DNA of 64,000 bases, taken from the NCBI RefSeq assembly GCF_004010195.1, contig NC_057756.1, forward strand, positions 6,742,304 through 6,806,303, written 5' to 3'. Origin of the DNA: Chiloscyllium plagiosum (lineage: Eukaryota). The notes under the pieces were generated by a model that was not told where the DNA came from, made no database searches, and saw only the letters and a program-made list of their open reading frames with translations. A program made the translations under genes and the position numbers. Shown here piece by piece: positions 60,944 to 64,000 of the stretch. Numbering within the stretch: the stretch's first letter is position 1; every line of letters starts with the position of its first letter.

Positions 60944-63900
60944 AGCATCTGTGGAGAGAAAAGCACCATTAACATTGAGTCTAATATGACTCATCTTCAT
61001 GATACCAAACGGGACAATTTGACAAACTTGTGAAGTTTACAAGGGATTTGGTGATCCACAGTGTCACTAACATCTGAAGGGTGCTGTGGCGTAGGGAAGG
61101 CTTTCACTAAGAAAACTGTGGGATCTGTCTTGACAACATCTCCTACCTGAGGCATTGTGGGGATTGTTTCTTCATGTGATTTATCTGTTACTTGTGTTTG
61201 CCTTGGGTGTCTTAAAATGCATAAAAGTGGGTAAACCCCCACGATCTGATCAGGTGAGCTTGAGAACTCTGTGGAATTGAACCCTGGTCCCTGGTGCTGT
61301 GAACCAGCAATGCCAACCGCTGAGCCACCGTGCCGCCATTTGGATGTAATTGTGATGGGATACAGAGGAGATTCACCAGGATGTTGGCTGGCATGGAACA
61401 GTTCAGCGATGAAGAGAGGCTGGCTAAGTTTGGGTTGTTTTCTTTGGAGCAGGGAGGATTGAGGGGGGACCTGATAGAGGTGTATAAGAGTATGAGGGGC
61501 ACGGACAGCCTGGATAAAAGCAATAGTTCCCCTTCATCACGGGGGGGGGGCTCATTTTAAGGTGAAAGGCATGAGGGTATGAGGAGATTTGAGGCACATT
61601 TTCACCCAGAGTGTACTGAGAATCTGAAATGTACTACCTGAGAGGGTATTGATCTCATAACCTTTAAAAAGCACTTGGAGGAGCAGTTGAATTGTCAGGG
61701 CTTAGGGCCAAATGCAGGGAAGAGGGGCTGGTGTACACAGTGGTGTTCTACTGGGAAGGCTGATGCCAAGTAGAGTCATAGGGACAGAGAAATGTACACC
61801 TGCCACCACCCGGCCCATATCCCTCCAAACCCTTCCCATTCCTATACCCATCCAGATGCCTCTTAAAAGTTACAATTGTACCAGCCTCCACCACTTCTTC
61901 TGGCAGCTCATTCCATACACGTACCACCCTCTGCATTGTCACTTCAGTCTGTTTTATATCTTTCCCCTCTCACACAAAACCTATGCCCTCTAGTTCTCGA
62001 TTCCCCACCCCACGGAAGAGACTTTGTCTATTTATCTTATCCATGTGCTTCATGATTTTACAAATCTCTACCAGGTCACCCCTCAGCCTCCGACGCTCCA
62101 GAGAAAACAGCCCTAGCCTATTCAACCTTTCCCTATGGCTCAAATCCTCCAAACCCAGCAAAATCCTTGTCTTTTCTGAACCTTTGCAAGTTTCACAACA
62201 TCCTTCCGATGGGAAGGAGACCAGAATCGCACGCAACATTCCAAAAGTAGCCTAACCAATGCCTGATGCAGAATACTCATTTACTATTTTCCCCCATCTC
62301 CTGCAGTTCCACACGTGGGCTCTCTTGCTGATCTAGATGGACGCTGTTCTCTCCCTAGCTACCTTTTTGTCTTTCATGTACTCAGAAAATCGCTTTAGAT
62401 TCTCCTTAAGCCTATTTTCCACAGTTATCTCATGTCCCCTTTTTCCCTCTTAAGTATGCTCCTACTGCCTTTGTAATCTTTTACAGATTGACTCGATCTC
62501 TGCTGTCTATCGCTGACACATTTCTTTTTTTTTCTTAACCAAAACCACAATTTCTCTCAACATCCATCATTCCTTATGCCTACCAGCCTTGCCTTTCACC
62601 CTAACAGGAATATACTGTCTCTGGACTCGCGTTATCTCATGTTTGAAAGCTTCTCATTTTCCAGCCGTCTCTTTACCTGCGAACATCTGTCCCCACTCAA
62701 TCTTTGAATGTTCTTGCCTGATACTGTCAAATGGCCTTCCTCCAATTTTGAACTTCAATTTTTAGATGCGTTCCATCTTTTTCCATCACTAATTTATTTT
62801 AAAACTAACAGATTTACAGTGACTGGCCCCTGAGTGCTCCCCAACTGACACCTCAGTCACCTGCCCTGCCTTATTTCCCAAGAGGAGGTCAGATTTTGCA
62901 GCTTCTCTAATAGGTTCATCCATATGCTGAGTCACAAAATTTTCTCATGCACACTTATATCAAAACCCTTAAAACGATAGCAGAACCAGTCTATGTTTGG
63001 AAATTTAAAATCCCAGACCACAACGACCCTATTATTCTCACAGATAACTGAGATCTCCTTACAAAATTGCTTTGCAATTTCCGCTGATTAATGGATTTTT
63101 GAGAACATAATCCCAAGAAGGTCATCATCCCTTTCCGATTTTACAGTTCCACCCAAATAACCTCCTTGGATGCATTTCCAGGAATATCCTCCCTCAGTAC
63201 AGCCATAATGCTATCCCTTATCAGAAACGCTACTCCCCCTCCTCTCTAACCCCCATTTCTAAACTTCCGACAGCATTTGTATTCTGGAACATTAAGCAGC
63301 CAGTCCTGTCTGTCCCTGAGCCATGTCTCTGTAATTCCTATGATCCTCCAGTACCATGTCTCTAACGATGCTCTTCGTTCATCTGCCTTCCCTGTTAGGC
63401 CTCTTGCATTGAAATAAATGCCATTTATTTTATCAATCCTACCTTGTTCTCTATTTTTTTCTGGCCTGCCCTGACTGGTTATCTCACCCCTTTTCCCAAC
63501 TGTACCAGTCTCAGATTGATCTCTTTTCTCAAGATTTACCTGGATCCTCCCCTAAATTACTAGATTCAACCCTCCTGTGCCACTCTCGCAAAACTCCCTG
63601 CTAGTATGTTAGTCCCCCAGAAGAAAAATTCTCTGAGATATTTTATTCAACAAATTTTCATTAACTTATTACAAAGAAAACTAACTCGAGAAACACATAA
63701 GAGGAAAGATTGACATGCGACATGTTCTACCATCTCAAAATTAACATGAGGCAAAAACAGGTAACAGATAAATCACATGAACATGCAACCTGCACAATGC
63801 CTCAGATAAGAAATGTTGCCAAGGAAGATCCCACGAGTTTCTTCGTGAAAACCTTCCCACACCACAGCTCCCTTCAGGTATTAGTGACACTGTGGAACAC

Positions 63901-64000
63901 CAAATTCCTTGTAAACTTCACAAGGTTGTCAATTTTTGATGTCGTGAAGATGAGTCACATTAGACTCAATGTTAACGGTGTTTCTCTCTCCACAGATGCT
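60944..64000. repeat. Inverted duplication, ~260-bp arms (60944-61203 and 63749-64000, running off the window)
   Basis: ttgtgaagtttacaagg, ccacagtgtcactaa, ctgaggcattgtg and ttcatgtgatttatctgttac all recur as reverse complements. Confidence 0.85.
61360..63620. mobile_element. CR1 fragments (61360-61750 +; 61770-63620 - with internal deletions)
   Basis: QRRFTRMLAG...RGDLIEVYK; minus strand runs from the EN start (YFNARGL) to the 3' tail. Confidence 0.85.

Overview
Eukaryotic, repeat-dominated DNA. It is almost certainly from a cartilaginous fish (shark), inferred from HE1-type SINEs, HER1/CR1 LINEs and a GPR139-like exon. There are four large N-gaps and two small ones. Most of the window is fragmented CR1 LINEs, at least three families of Penelope-like elements (PLEs) carrying minimal hammerhead ribozymes, HE1 SINEs and simple repeats. 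The main structure is a ~11 kb minus-strand endogenous retrovirus (about 23475-34725) with LTRs, a tRNA-His-like PBS, a PPT, a gag beginning Met-Gly, a far more decayed pol, and a gamma/epsilon-type env with an unusual Cys-rich N-terminal segment ending in an extra RSKR site. The only host coding sequence I can support is exon 1 of a GPR139-like GPCR (47340-47514, +); no exon 2 was found in the window. Other notable structures: a tandem duplication whose crossover maps to 21 nt inside HE1 tails, a nested PLE/CR1 stack, fold-back PLE insertions, a perfect 11x46-bp array, a 51-bp palindrome, and several local paralogous exon-like blocks. All family names and identity estimates were made by eye, without database searches, and many boundaries are approximate.
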